A stretch of 64,000 nt of DNA from Piedraia hortae CBS 480.64. Lineage: Eukaryota. The stretch spans positions 62,001-126,000 of the forward strand of contig MU005983.1 of assembly GCA_010093745.1 (NCBI GenBank), written 5' to 3'. The translations under genes were made by a program, and so were the position numbers. Under the pieces are notes generated by a model, which was given only the letters and a program-made list of their open reading frames with translations, was not told the DNA's origin and did not search any database. This document shows, piece by piece, positions 12,947 to 24,000 of this stretch (position 1 is the stretch's first letter; each line of letters begins with the position of its first letter).

Positions 12947-13572
12947 ACTTGTTTGAAATGACACTCGTTTGGAATCGGGTTGTAACATTACTCAATCTTT
13001 GGAACACTTTTTTTTCTTGAGCGTTATTTTAGTTTTTGCTGACTGCTGATGAAGAAGTTGTGAAGGCGATGCTGGGTGAAAAAGTGCTGAGGTTTCGAGT
13101 TCGGGTGCTTTCGACTCCCGTTACGGCTGTCCGGACTTGTGACCATAAGGGGTAATTTGGCGATATGCATGTCGACAGGTCTGACTGGCTCCAAATTGGA
13201 GTGTCTGCTTGTGAGATTGATCGTATTGTATGTCCGGTCGTGCATGGACACCCTTGCCATGTTATCATGTGAGTGGTTCTGACGTGACGTGCAGGATGAC
13301 GGGTACGTAGGGTTGCGACGTGTATGCCGATCCGCTCAGCCAAAGGTTACCAGTTGTCATGCAGTCCGCTCGTCGATTAGTAGGTCTGGTGGCCGTTTAG
13401 TGGGTCAGCTTGTCTCTGGTCAGTTTGTTGTGATGAGTGAAGCGAGAGTGGGGACGATCTGATCTGCAGGGACCAACTGTCACCACAGGCGCTAGGCCAA
13501 GTCGAGGCAAGTGGGCGCACACCTCTCGTCTTTTTTTTTTCCTGGATCGCAAAAGCGACATTTTCAGTAGAC

Positions 13573-14820
13573 ATGGCCAAAAAGCGAGTGAAGAAGCGTA
13601 CGCAGACCGTGGCTACCAATGCCCCAGGCGCATCCAAACCTGGAGGTAGCGGTAGTAGCCGCGTCCCGCAAAGCATGGTGCTTCGAGTAGGCGGCAGCGC
13701 CGTCGGACCGTCTATAACACAACTGGTGCATGATGTCCGAGGCGTCATGTCACCGAACACTGCATCGCGATTGAAAGAGCGGCGAACAAACAAGCTACGG
13801 GATTATACAGCCATGGCCGGGCCGCTGGGCGTCACGCACCTGCTACTATTCAGTAGGAGTTCAGAGACAGGAAATGTCAACCTTCGCCTTGCACTGACTC
13901 CACGAGGGCCGACGTTCTATTTTAGGGTGGAGAAGTATGCGCTCGCAAAAGACGTCAAGGCGCACCAGAAGCGGGCGAAAATGGGAGTAGAAAAGGAAAT
14001 GAGAAGGGAAGCCCCGATTCTCGTTTTGAGTAATATCGTTACATCGGATAAGAAGTCTGATAAGGAAGCGGATGGTGCTGCTACAGAGGGTAGCGTTCCC
14101 AGAAGACTCGAAACCCTGACCACGACCGTCCTGCAGTCCCTCTTCCCAACTCTTAACCCCCAGACCGCTTCCATTTCTTCCATGAAGAGGGCCCTGCTGA
14201 TTGACAGAGTTGCTTCACCTGAAAATGGCGGAATGGTTTTAGACTGGAGGCATTACGCCATAGAGACGAGGACGTCAAAGTCACTTCCTCGAAAACTGCG
14301 GAGGATCAACCCCGACTCAGTGCCGAATCTGGGGGCTCTAGGTGATGTTTCCGACTATCTTCTAGGGCCCCAGGATGGGATCGGAAGCGAGGGTGGCTTT
14401 ACTTCAGAAGAGGACTCGGAAAATGAAGTCGAGGTATTGAAGGCGGCTCGTGCGAGGAAAGATGATAGGCGTGCCCCGTGCTTAGTGGAGAAGAAGGCCT
14501 TACGGCTTGTGGAGTTGGGGCCGAGGATGAGGTTGAGACTGCTGAAGGTTGAGGAGGGCCTCGTCGGTGGGAAGGTCATGTGGCATGAATATATCACCAA
14601 GGGGAAGGGTGAAGTGGAGAAGTTGGAAAAATTACATAGATTGAGAAGAGAAGAGAAAGAGAGGAGGAGAAAAGAGCAAGAGGAAAATATTCAGAGGAAA
14701 CGGAAAGGCAAAGGTGAGGATGGAAAGAACGAAGATGAGGAGGATGAGGAAGATTGGGATTGGGATGACGATGAGAGTGGAGACGATGCTATGGATGTGG
14801 ATGAGGATGAGAACGAATAG
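13573..14820 (+). CDS. SSF1: Brix-domain 60S biogenesis protein Ssf1 (Peter Pan homolog)
   Basis: VPQSMVLRVG, MSPNTASRLKERRTNKLRDY, GPLGVTHLL, PRGPT, LVELGPRMRLRLLKVEEG; acidic tail. Confidence 0.95.
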   Translation: MAKKRVKKRTQTVATNAPGASKPGGSGSSRVPQSMVLRVGGSAVGPSITQLVHDVRGVMSPNTASRLKERRTNKLRDYTAMAGPLGVTHLLLFSRSSETGNVNLRLALTPRGPTFYFRVEKYALAKDVKAHQKRAKMGVEKEMRREAPILVLSNIVTSDKKSDKEADGAATEGSVPRRLETLTTTVLQSLFPTLNPQTASISSMKRALLIDRVASPENGGMVLDWRHYAIETRTSKSLPRKLRRINPDSVPNLGALGDVSDYLLGPQDGIGSEGGFTSEEDSENEVEVLKAARARKDDRRAPCLVEKKALRLVELGPRMRLRLLKVEEGLVGGKVMWHEYITKGKGEVEKLEKLHRLRREEKERRRKEQEENIQRKRKGKGEDGKNEDEEDEEDWDWDDDESGDDAMDVDEDENE

Positions 14821-15029
14821 CATTTGCGAACTCAAACACAGTGTGCAAAAAAGTGTGAAAGGGAAAGGTTCAGCCGAAACTTGAAAAGTTCCTGTCTCCA
14901 GCCTGCGGTGGACTTCACATTCGTTGTGTGATGCTTGTTGATAACAGTGCGGGTGTTTTTGGTGACACCATCGTCTCATCCTTCCATATACCACGTCTCG
15001 CAAAGTTCAATGACAAACCGCCGGGCTAC

Positions 15030-15360
15030 TACCATCCAGCAGAAGTTTGCTTCGAGGCAGCCTCGTCATGAATCACCGAACCACGATAATCATTTGCTAG
15101 AGACCTGGTCTGATGCCAACTTGCATTGCTGGAAGCAAGCACGGCCGCACAAATGGCTTGTTCTGTAAGATGCTTCGAAAGAGTGGATCGTCCGAGCAGA
15201 GCAACCCATCCCCATAATCGGCGAATTGATCAAGAAGAAGGCGGCATTTTTCTGGGGCAGGTTGCCTGAACATGAAGGGCAATCAAAATCCCCTTTCAGC
15301 ATTGGATGGCTGTCCGGCTTCCAGAACCGGAACAACATCAAGAGCCGTATGCAGCACGGG
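15030..15360 (+). mobile_element. Relic of a pogo/Tc5 (CENP-B-like) transposase DNA-binding HTH
   Basis: KWLVL*DASKEWIVRAEQPIPIIGELIKKKAAFFW...FSIGWLSGFQNRNNIKSRMQHG matches the Tc5/CENP-B HTH pattern; in-frame stop; no DDE domain follows. Confidence 0.8.
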
Positions 15361-15653
15361 GCTCAAGGACATCGAACTCAGCGATGCTCCCTTGCAGAAT
15401 ACGACTATACTTTAGGTCCCAGCTAACTCCACGAGAAAGTATCAACTGCTGGATCAAGGAATAATCGCATCTTGGAGGACCTATCGGGGACACAATTGTG
15501 TATCCTTTCTAGGGAGGAGACACAGATTTAATATGCCCCTTGAACAGGCGTGAGCGTATGATGTTGGCTTGATAGGCATTGATTATTATCATATTGACCA
15601 AGTGCAATCTGTTTGCCTTGTCCTGGCCGAGGTGCCTCAAGATCACCCCCAAA

Positions 15654-15960
15654 CTATAGTTGCGAAGAGTCGAGCGAAGGAGGAGTTTCTTTATACCAGT
15701 CCAGCTCAAGAGCTTGTCTTGCTGAGATGCGCTCCCAGGGCTCCCGTTGTAACCTCTTCTCGAACATCTCCCCAGCCACGCGAAATACTTTTTCTGTTGG
15801 CAGATCCTCCAAGAACTTGTCCGCAGTCACGGAGATCCGAATCAATTCTCGCTTGAAAGCTCACGAGATTCTGCAACGCCCATTATGCAGGATGTCCCCG
15901 AGGTTCACAGGGTGATATCGGCCCGGCTCATAGGTATACAATGGTTCACAGCCAGGCAAA
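15654..15960 (-). pseudogene. Internally deleted SRPK-like protein kinase relic
   Basis: EPLYTYEPGRYHPVNLGDILHNGRCRIS* (kinase N-terminus) joined directly to DLPTEK...EKRLQREPWERISARQALELDW (subdomain XI). Confidence 0.8.
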
Positions 15961-16095
15961 TTGCTCATCAGAAGTCGGCTTTTGGGTGATAAAATCAAGG
16001 TGGAGTTTGGCTCGTATACAGCCAGCTAATTAGACTCACTGCAACTAACCAGAGTTCGGAGGTTAATAGACCTCGAGGGAGTACAGCATGGCCAC

Positions 16096-17850
16096 TCACC
16101 CAGCCAACGTCGTAGAATCCACTCTTTTAAACCTCGCTTTGGGGACAGTCATCTGCTCCTGTGCATGTACAGGGCCGAACCTTTCCTCCCTCTCTTCCCT
16201 ATCATCCCCACCATCAAAATGTTCCCTCAGCTGTCTCAACACCTCAGCATCAAAGACAGACCATCCCTCCCAAATATCCAACACAATAGCGACTTTTCTC
16301 CTCCACAACTCAGCCTTCAATTTCCCCCAGGCCAACTTCTTAGCCAGCTGACCGAGACGAACAAACGTCCGCCTCTCCACAAGCGCCGTCTCGAAAAACG
16401 AGCGAAACTTCCACGCATCTTTCGCACCCGCCGTGCTGGAACAGGAGAGCAAATCCGAAATGAGATAAAGACCAATCAGCTTCGCGTTGGAGGGGTCTTC
16501 ACTTGCGTTAGTGGTGGGAGCAGCCGTAAGATCTACACCAACTTCTGGATCGTAGTCATCCGCATCATCGAGTTCATCATCCTGTTCATATCTAGCTGCG
16601 CGGGAAAAAGCAAATGGTTTCTCGACGTTTAAGAGTAGCAGATCCACGATGGCGTCTGCGCCGATGGTGGCTGCGTGGGCTACGGCAAAGTGCGTTACCC
16701 GCGCCACGTCGCCTCTGCGTAACTTGGCATTCGTGGTGGGCAACCTTGATAGGAGGAATGTTAGTCTGGCCATTTTTAAGGGTGTTCTGCGTTTTCTTCC
16801 AGCAGGACGTTGTTCGGCCTCTGAGTCGGAGTCGCCTTCTTCCTCGCTTGAATCGTAGTCTTTGTGTGTGATGGCCTCTCGTAGACTGGCCAGATTGGCG
16901 AATGGGACTTCACTGCTGCGAAAGGTGAAGTTGGTGTCGGAGAAAGGTCTTTGGGGGTCGCCCGTAGAGCCACTGGTCCAGAGTAGATGGCGGTAGTAGA
17001 TTCCCGCAGGGCTTTGAGAGTCGTAGAGAAATGCCATTCGTTCGTCCATTTGTACTGAGGGAAGCGCCATTAGCGTCGCCTCCAGCTCCAGGGCACGCAT
17101 GGGGTCTGTCTGCAGTAGAAGTTTTTCAACCAAAACGTGAATTGCACGGACGGTAGACATATCAAAAGGGGGCTGCACCGAGACGATGAGTTCGCTTTTG
17201 GGTTGGCGTCTGGCAGTGGAGTGATACGCTTCTGGCGGCGCAAAACTGGACGTAGCTGACTGACGCTCGGCGCCAAATGGCTCCGGGCTGCTCTGCCGCG
17301 GACGGGCGGTGGATGAGGCAAGATGGCGCGCAATGGACAGATAGTAGCCGCAGCCCAGGTACTTGTCCCGGAGCTTCACAACAGCTGCGTCGACCTCGCC
17401 GGCGTCAGTGGAGAGGATGGCGACGGCAGTGCGCGAACGCCGCGCGGCCATCCCTGGTCTGAACTCAATGCTGTGTATCTTGCAGCTATCCTGTAGAAGC
17501 TCTTGTACATGGCGCTCAGTGTAGTTTGGAGGAAGGGAGGAGAGTTGGACGGCGGGCTTCGGGGCCTCGACCTCGTGGTCTGCGGGCGCGACGATGGCGG
17601 TCAAGGGCTTTGCGCGATCATGCTGTAATTCCCTAGCCTCGTCCAGCGCACGTTTTCTCTTTGGCGGAGCGGCCGCATGGTTGGCCGGAGCGTCATCGGC
17701 AAAGTCGTCCTCGAACGCTTTCAAAGCCGCCGCATTCTCGGCCTCAGCCCGACGCCGCTTGGCTTCGGCGGCTTGGCGCTCCTTTTCAAAGGCGGACCGT
17801 TTCTTGGGGGCAGCAAGTTTGGAGGAGACGTCTGGGAAGGCAGGGTCCAT
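16096..17850 (-). CDS. U2 snRNP-associated SURP-motif protein (U2SURP/SR140-like)
   Basis: Starts MDPAFPDVSSKLAAPKKRSAFE; RRM-like segment, SURP-like FLYDSQSPAGIYYR, CID-like KLIGLYLISDLLS...AWKFR...WEGWSVF; the 3' end may be spliced (GTGAGT overlaps the stop). Confidence 0.85.
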   Translation of the reverse strand: MDPAFPDVSSKLAAPKKRSAFEKERQAAEAKRRRAEAENAAALKAFEDDFADDAPANHAAAPPKRKRALDEARELQHDRAKPLTAIVAPADHEVEAPKPAVQLSSLPPNYTERHVQELLQDSCKIHSIEFRPGMAARRSRTAVAILSTDAGEVDAAVVKLRDKYLGCGYYLSIARHLASSTARPRQSSPEPFGAERQSATSSFAPPEAYHSTARRQPKSELIVSVQPPFDMSTVRAIHVLVEKLLLQTDPMRALELEATLMALPSVQMDERMAFLYDSQSPAGIYYRHLLWTSGSTGDPQRPFSDTNFTFRSSEVPFANLASLREAITHKDYDSSEEEGDSDSEAEQRPAGRKRRTPLKMARLTFLLSRLPTTNAKLRRGDVARVTHFAVAHAATIGADAIVDLLLLNVEKPFAFSRAARYEQDDELDDADDYDPEVGVDLTAAPTTNASEDPSNAKLIGLYLISDLLSCSSTAGAKDAWKFRSFFETALVERRTFVRLGQLAKKLAWGKLKAELWRRKVAIVLDIWEGWSVFDAEVLRQLREHFDGGDDREEREERFGPVHAQEQMTVPKARFKRVDSTTLAG

Positions 17851-18060
17851 GGACTTAGCGGAGTGGACACAGATGAACCTGGCACGCCGAGTGTGGGGCC
17901 GGAGCGGGGAAACGTGGGGGCGGGGCCCAGAAAACGGGAACGCGGCGGGGCGGAAATGCGGGGGCGGCACGGGGCGGGTGCGGGGAGCTCGGGCAACACA
18001 GAACAACGCGGAAGCGAAACACGACGATTTCAGACGCGGCAAAATGTCAGCGATAATGAA

Positions 18061-21000
18061 ATGATGCACTCTCTTGACGCCGTCTTCGCGGAACTGCGGT
18101 CGCGCTCAGATGCGACGCGACAGGCGGCGGCGGCGCGGCTGGCCGAGCAGGTGGCAGCGTCCCATCGAGAGCTCCAGACGGCCGAATTCAACCGCTTCTA
18201 CGACGATGTCCACCGCCGCATACACACTCTGGTCACGGCCAGCGATACAGCGGAGCGAACCGGCGGTCTTTACGCGCTCAGCGCCCTTGTCGACTTCCGC
18301 GGCGACGATGCCGCCCTCAAGGTGGCCAAGTACAGCAGCTACGTGAAGCGTACCCTCGATGGCAGCGACCCGGTGGCCATGGTGGCCGCTGCACGGTGTC
18401 TGGGCCGGCTAGCGGCGCCCGGCGGACCGTTTACGGCGGAACTTGTCGACGCCGAGGTCAAGCACGCGCTGGAGTTGTTGACAGCTACGGAGAGGAACGA
18501 AACCCGGCGGTTTGCAGCTGTCCTGGTACTTCGCGAGCTGGCCCGGAACAACGGCACGCTTTTGTTTCACGCAGCGCCGACAATCATGATGGCGCTGTGG
18601 GAAGGCCTTCGTGATACGAAACCGACCATCCGCGAGACCAGCGCCGAGCTGCTGGGCCTAATGCTGGGTATCCTGGCCGCGCGGGACCAGCAAACACGCC
18701 AAGTCTGCATCACCCGCACGTTCGACACTGCCGTCGATGCCTTCCGCCGGGGAACAGCTGAAAGCGTACACGGCGCATTGTTGGCTTTCCGCGAGATGCT
18801 GATGCACGGCGGCATGCTGATGCACGGCACGCGCTATCAGGACATTTGCGGACTGGCGCTGAAGCCACACATGCGAGACCACCGGGACCCGGCAGTGCGG
18901 CGCGGCGTGGTCGAGCTGCTGCCGGTGCTGGCCGGATACGCACCCAACGAATTCTGCCGATTTTACCTGGACCGGTCCATGCAGCTGCTTCTGACGCTCC
19001 TCAAGGACACGAAGCAGCGAAACCTGGCCTTCACTGCCATTGGGAAGATTGCCAACGCCGTTGGTTCAGCCATTGCGCCCTACCTGGACACCATTTTGCT
19101 ACATATCCGCCAGGCTCTGTCGCCCAAGCCCCGTGGAAAGGACCCGGACGATGCTCCCGTATTCGAGTGCATCAGCATGGTGTCGATTGCGGTTGGGCAG
19201 ACGCTGAGCAAGTACATGGAGGCTCTGCTGGATCCCATATTTGCCTGTGGGCTGAGTGATGCTCTCACCCAGGCGCTGGTCGACATGGCCCACTACATCC
19301 CCTCCATCAGGCCGAGTATCCAGGAAAAGCTGCTCGATCTGCTCTCCCGTGTGCTCTGCGGCCGCTCGTTTGCGTCGCTGGGCCACCCGACCCTCAGCCA
19401 GAACTTGCCGCCCATCTTCACAAAGGAAATCCGGGAACAGCGAGACCCCCAGCATCAGGAGCAAAAGACGCAGGAAATCGCCCTGGCCCTGCACACACTG
19501 GGCTCGTTCGACTTTACGGGCCACATCATGAACGAGTTTGTGCGGGACGTAGCCATTCGCTACGTCGAGGACGATGATCCGGCCATTCGCAAAGCCGCGG
19601 CTTTGACCTGCTGCCAGCTCGTTGTGCGCGACCCGATTGTGCACCAGACGAGTTATCACGCCATCCGCGTCATCGGGGACATCATCGAGAAGCTGCTAAC
19701 GGTAGGCGTGGCTGATACGCGGCCGGAAATCAGGCAGACGGTGCTGTCGTCGCTCGATGCTCGTTTTGATCGTCATCTTGCAAAGGCCGAGAACATTCGC
19801 TCGCTTTTCCTTGCGCTCAACGATGAGAATTTTGCCATCAGAGAGGCTGCCATTGCCATCATCGGACGGCTGACCAACGTGAACCCGGCCTATGTCTTCC
19901 CCTCGCTCCGAAAGGTGCTCATCCAGCTGTTGACCGAGATCCAGTACAGCAACAATGCAAACGACAAACGTGAGGCTGCTGAGCTTATCGGCCATTTGGT
20001 CGGTGCTAGTACCAAGCTCATCAAGCCCTATGTTTCGTCCATGGTCAACGTGCTGCTGCCCAAAGCGGACGACATCAATGCAGATGTGGCTGCTGCGACC
20101 CTCAAGACGCTGGGTCAGCTGGCCACGGTGGGCGGCGATGTGATGATGGAATCCAAGTCTTCTATCGAGGAGCTGATGAACATTATCATGCGCAGCCTGT
20201 TGGATCTTTCCAGCAACAAGAAGAGAGAGGCCGCCCTTTGCACGCTGGGGCAGCTGGCGAGCAACGCCGGTTACGTGATCAAGCCGTACGAAGATCACCC
20301 GCAGCTGCTGAATATCCTCATCAACATTGTCAAGACTGAGCCACCCGGTGATATGAGGCGGGAGACAATTCGTCTATTGGGTATTCTCGGTGCACTAGAC
20401 CCTTATCGACACCAGGAGATCATGGAAGAGTCCCCCGACAACAATTTGAGGGCCGAGGCCGAGGCAGAGTCGGACGTGAGCTTGATCATGCGAGGAATGC
20501 CGCCCTCGAATGAGGAGTACTACCCGACCATTGTGATCAACACGCTGATGGCCATACCGAGGGACGATACGCTGAAACAATACCACTCTGCCGTGGTTGA
20601 TGCCGTTATGAACATCTACGCCACCATGGGCATGAAGTGTGTGCAGTTTTTGCACATTGTTGTGCCCGGCATAGTGTCCATTTTGAACGAGGCTCAGAGC
20701 GACGAAAGACGGGAAGCGTACTTCAACAATCTTAGCGTTCTGGTCAAAATCGTCAAGCAGCACATCCGCCCCCATCTGCAGCTTATTTTGCGTGCGGTGT
20801 CGCAGAACTGGAACACGTCAACGCGTCTGCAGGCGACGATCCTGAGTCTGATTGAAAGCATCGCACGCAGCCTGGAGGGAGAATTCAAAATCTACCTGGC
20901 AGACGTTCTACCGCTCCTGCTTGGGGTTCTGGAAGACGAATCCAAGATCGAGTCCTCGCGCGCTGCATGCCAACGTGTTCTGCACGCCTTCCTCGTCTTT

Positions 21001-24000
21001 GGCTCCAGCGCTGAAGAGTATACGCACTTGATCTTACCAGTTATTGTTCGTTTGTTCGACACTGGACGGCCGCGGAATCGCGAACTGAGGAAGTTGGCCA
21101 TTGAAACGGTCGGTCGTTTGAGCAAACAGGTCAATATCTCCGAGTTTGCTGCCCAGATTGTTCATCCAATCACCCGTGTACTGCAAGGTACGGAGCCGAG
21201 CCTAAAACAGCCGGCCATGGACACCCTCTGTGCCCTCGTCTACCAACTGGGCCTGGACTATTTGCGTTTTGTGCCGACCATTGACAAGGTGCTGCAGCAG
21301 CAAAAGATCCAACACGTTGGCTACGCCAATATTGTGAGCAAGCTGAAGCGTAACGAGCCCTTGTCTCAGAATTTGAGCCCCGAGGAACGCTACAGGGACG
21401 AAGACGATGACCCATACCCGGCAGAAATCTCGACCAAGAAGCTGGCAGTGAACCAGCAGCATCTGAAGAATGCGTGGGAGGCGTCTCAAAAGTCCACAAA
21501 AGAGGACTGGCAGGAGTGGATGCGGCGCTTCTCGGTCGAACTGCTCAAGGAAAGCCCTCAGCACGCCCTTCGCGCGTGCACCCCGCTGGCCTCGGTCTAC
21601 CCTCCACTCGCCCGCACACTGTTCAACAGCGCTTTTGCCAGCTGCTGGACGGAGCTGTACGACCAGTACCAGGATGAGTTGGTGCGGTCATTGGAGGTGG
21701 CCATCACGAGCCCTTCCATCCCTCCGGAGATCCTGCAGGTTCTGCTGACTCTAGCCGAGTTTATGGAGCACGATGATAAGGCATTGCCCATCGATGTTAG
21801 AACTCTCGGTATGTACGCTGCCAAGTGCCATGCATTTGCCAAGGCCCTGCACTATAAAGAGCTCGAGTTCAACGCCGAGCAAAATGCGAGTGCGGTGGAG
21901 GCGCTCATCTCGATCAATAATCAGCTGCAGCAGACGGATGCCGCGTTCGGAATCTTGCGTAAGGCCCGAGGTTACCGAGACGTGGAGCTCAAAGAGACTT
22001 GGTTCGAGAAGCTGCAGCGCTGGGACGACGCTCTACAGGCGTACCAGAAGCGGGAAAAGGAGGCTGGCGATAACGTCGGGCTGGAAATCACGATGGGCAA
22101 GATGCGCTGTCTACACGCCCTTGGCGAGTGGGATACCCTGTCGAATATTGCACAGGATCGGTGGCTTAACACGTCATCCGACCACCACAAAGCCATTGCA
22201 CCGCTGGCGGCAGCAGCAGCCTGGGGCATGGGACAGTGGGATGTCATGGACACGTATCTCAACGCCATGAAGCCGGCAAGTCCGGACCGCAGCTTCTTCG
22301 GTGCCATTCTGGCCATTCACTGGAACCAGTTTGACCAGGCCAACCAGCACATTGCAAAGGCCAGAGACGGTCTGGACACGGAGTTGGGTGCGCTCCTCGG
22401 CGAGAGCTACACGCGGGCCTACAGCGTCATTGTGCGTGTGCAGATGCTGGCAGAGTTGGAGGAGATCATCACGTACAAGAAGCATGAGCATGACCCAGAG
22501 AAGCAAGCGCAGATCCGGAGCACCTGGACCAAAAGGCTGAGCGGCTGCCAACGTAATGTTGAAGACTGGCAGCGTGTGCTCAAGGTTCGTGCTCTGGTCA
22601 TCACTCCGCAAGAGAACAGCGAAATGTACATGAAATTTGCGTCCATCTGCCGAAAATCCCATCGGCCAGGCCTCGCCGAGAAGAGTCTGAATTCTCTGCT
22701 TGGAGACGGTGGACACATCACGTCGCCTGACAGCGCTGACAAGATCAAAGCGGCGCCGTATCCGGTGCAATATGCCATTTACAAGTTTCTGTGGAGCAAC
22801 GGTCAAGCCGATGTTGCACTCGAGTCGCTCAAGGAGTTTACGCAGCAGCTGAGAAGTGACTACGAGGATCGTGCCGAGTCTCTGGCGTCGCAGCAGCAGC
22901 CTGGTAAGACCAACGGTATCAACGGTATCAACGGTGTCAATGGTATCAGCGGTATCAACGGTGTCAGCTCCCTGGCGCCTTTTGGTCCTGCACACTCGCC
23001 TGTCTCGTCAGCGGAATGGGACGAGCTGGAGAAGTGGCGCAAGCTGCTTGCTCGCTGCTACCTCAAGCAGGGCGAGTGGATGACGAAGAAGTTGGACGGG
23101 GAATGGGATTCTTCTGACCTGGTGCAGGATATTCTACAGTCCTACTATGCCGCTACACGGTTCAATGAAGAGTGGTACAAGGCATGGCACGCATGGGCTT
23201 TAGCCAACTTTGAAGTCGTCAATTCAATGGCCTCAAAGGGTGAGGGAGAAGAAGTTCCCCAGCAGCTTGTGGCTGCCCACGTTGTGCCTGCCATCAAGGG
23301 CTTCTTCAAGTCGATTGCACTATCTTCCATGAGCTCGCTGCAGGACACGCTGAGGCTGTTGACCTTGTGGTTCGCGCACGGAAAGTACAGAGACGTGAAT
23401 TACTGCGTAACCCAGGGGCTGTCCAGCGTCAGCATCGACACTTGGCTGGAGGTCATTCCGCAGCTCATTGCGCGGATCAACCAACCCCATAGGATGGTGC
23501 GCGATACCATCAACCAGCTCCTCGTCGAGGTCGGCCGAGCACATCCGCAGGCTTTGATTTACCCTCTCACCGTCTCGATGAAGTCGGAAGCGGGTAATCG
23601 GTCTCGCGCGTCCAAGAACATCATGGAAGCCATGAGACAGCATAGTCCTCATCTGGTTGAGCAAGCTGATATGGTCAGCCATGAGCTAATTCGAATTGCT
23701 GTTCTCTGGCACGAGCTGTGGCATGAAGCGCTGGAAGAGGCGTCTCGTCTATACTTTGGCGATCACAACATCCAGGGCATGCTCGATACCCTCACTCCTC
23801 TGCATGACTTGTTGGACAGAGGCCCCGAGACTCTGCGTGAGATTTCGTTTCTGCAAAGCTTCGGCCGCGATCTTCGAGAGGCTCGGGACTGGTGTAGGGC
23901 GTATCGCAACTCCAAGGAAATTGGGGACCTCAACCAAGCCTGGGACCTGTACTATGGGGTTTTCAAGCGCATCGCTCGCCAGCTTCCTCAGCTCATGTCT

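Noticed and set aside
13429..13462. TGATGA...CTGA box C/D-like pair upstream of SSF1
   Set aside because: Spacing is too short for a snoRNA; more simply a PAC-like GATGAG promoter motif or chance.
14838..14856. CAGTGTGCAAAAAAGT resembling a Tc1/impala terminal inverted repeat near the pogo relic
   Set aside because: No TA target site and no inverted partner found; it falls in the SSF1 3' UTR.
17677..18060. 128-aa N-terminal extension of the TOR ORF, and the matching extension of the U2SURP ORF to 18069
   Set aside because: Starts are non-ATG or overlap the opposite gene; homology begins at MMHSLD (18061) and MDPAFP (17850). This is GC-rich stop-poor promoter DNA.
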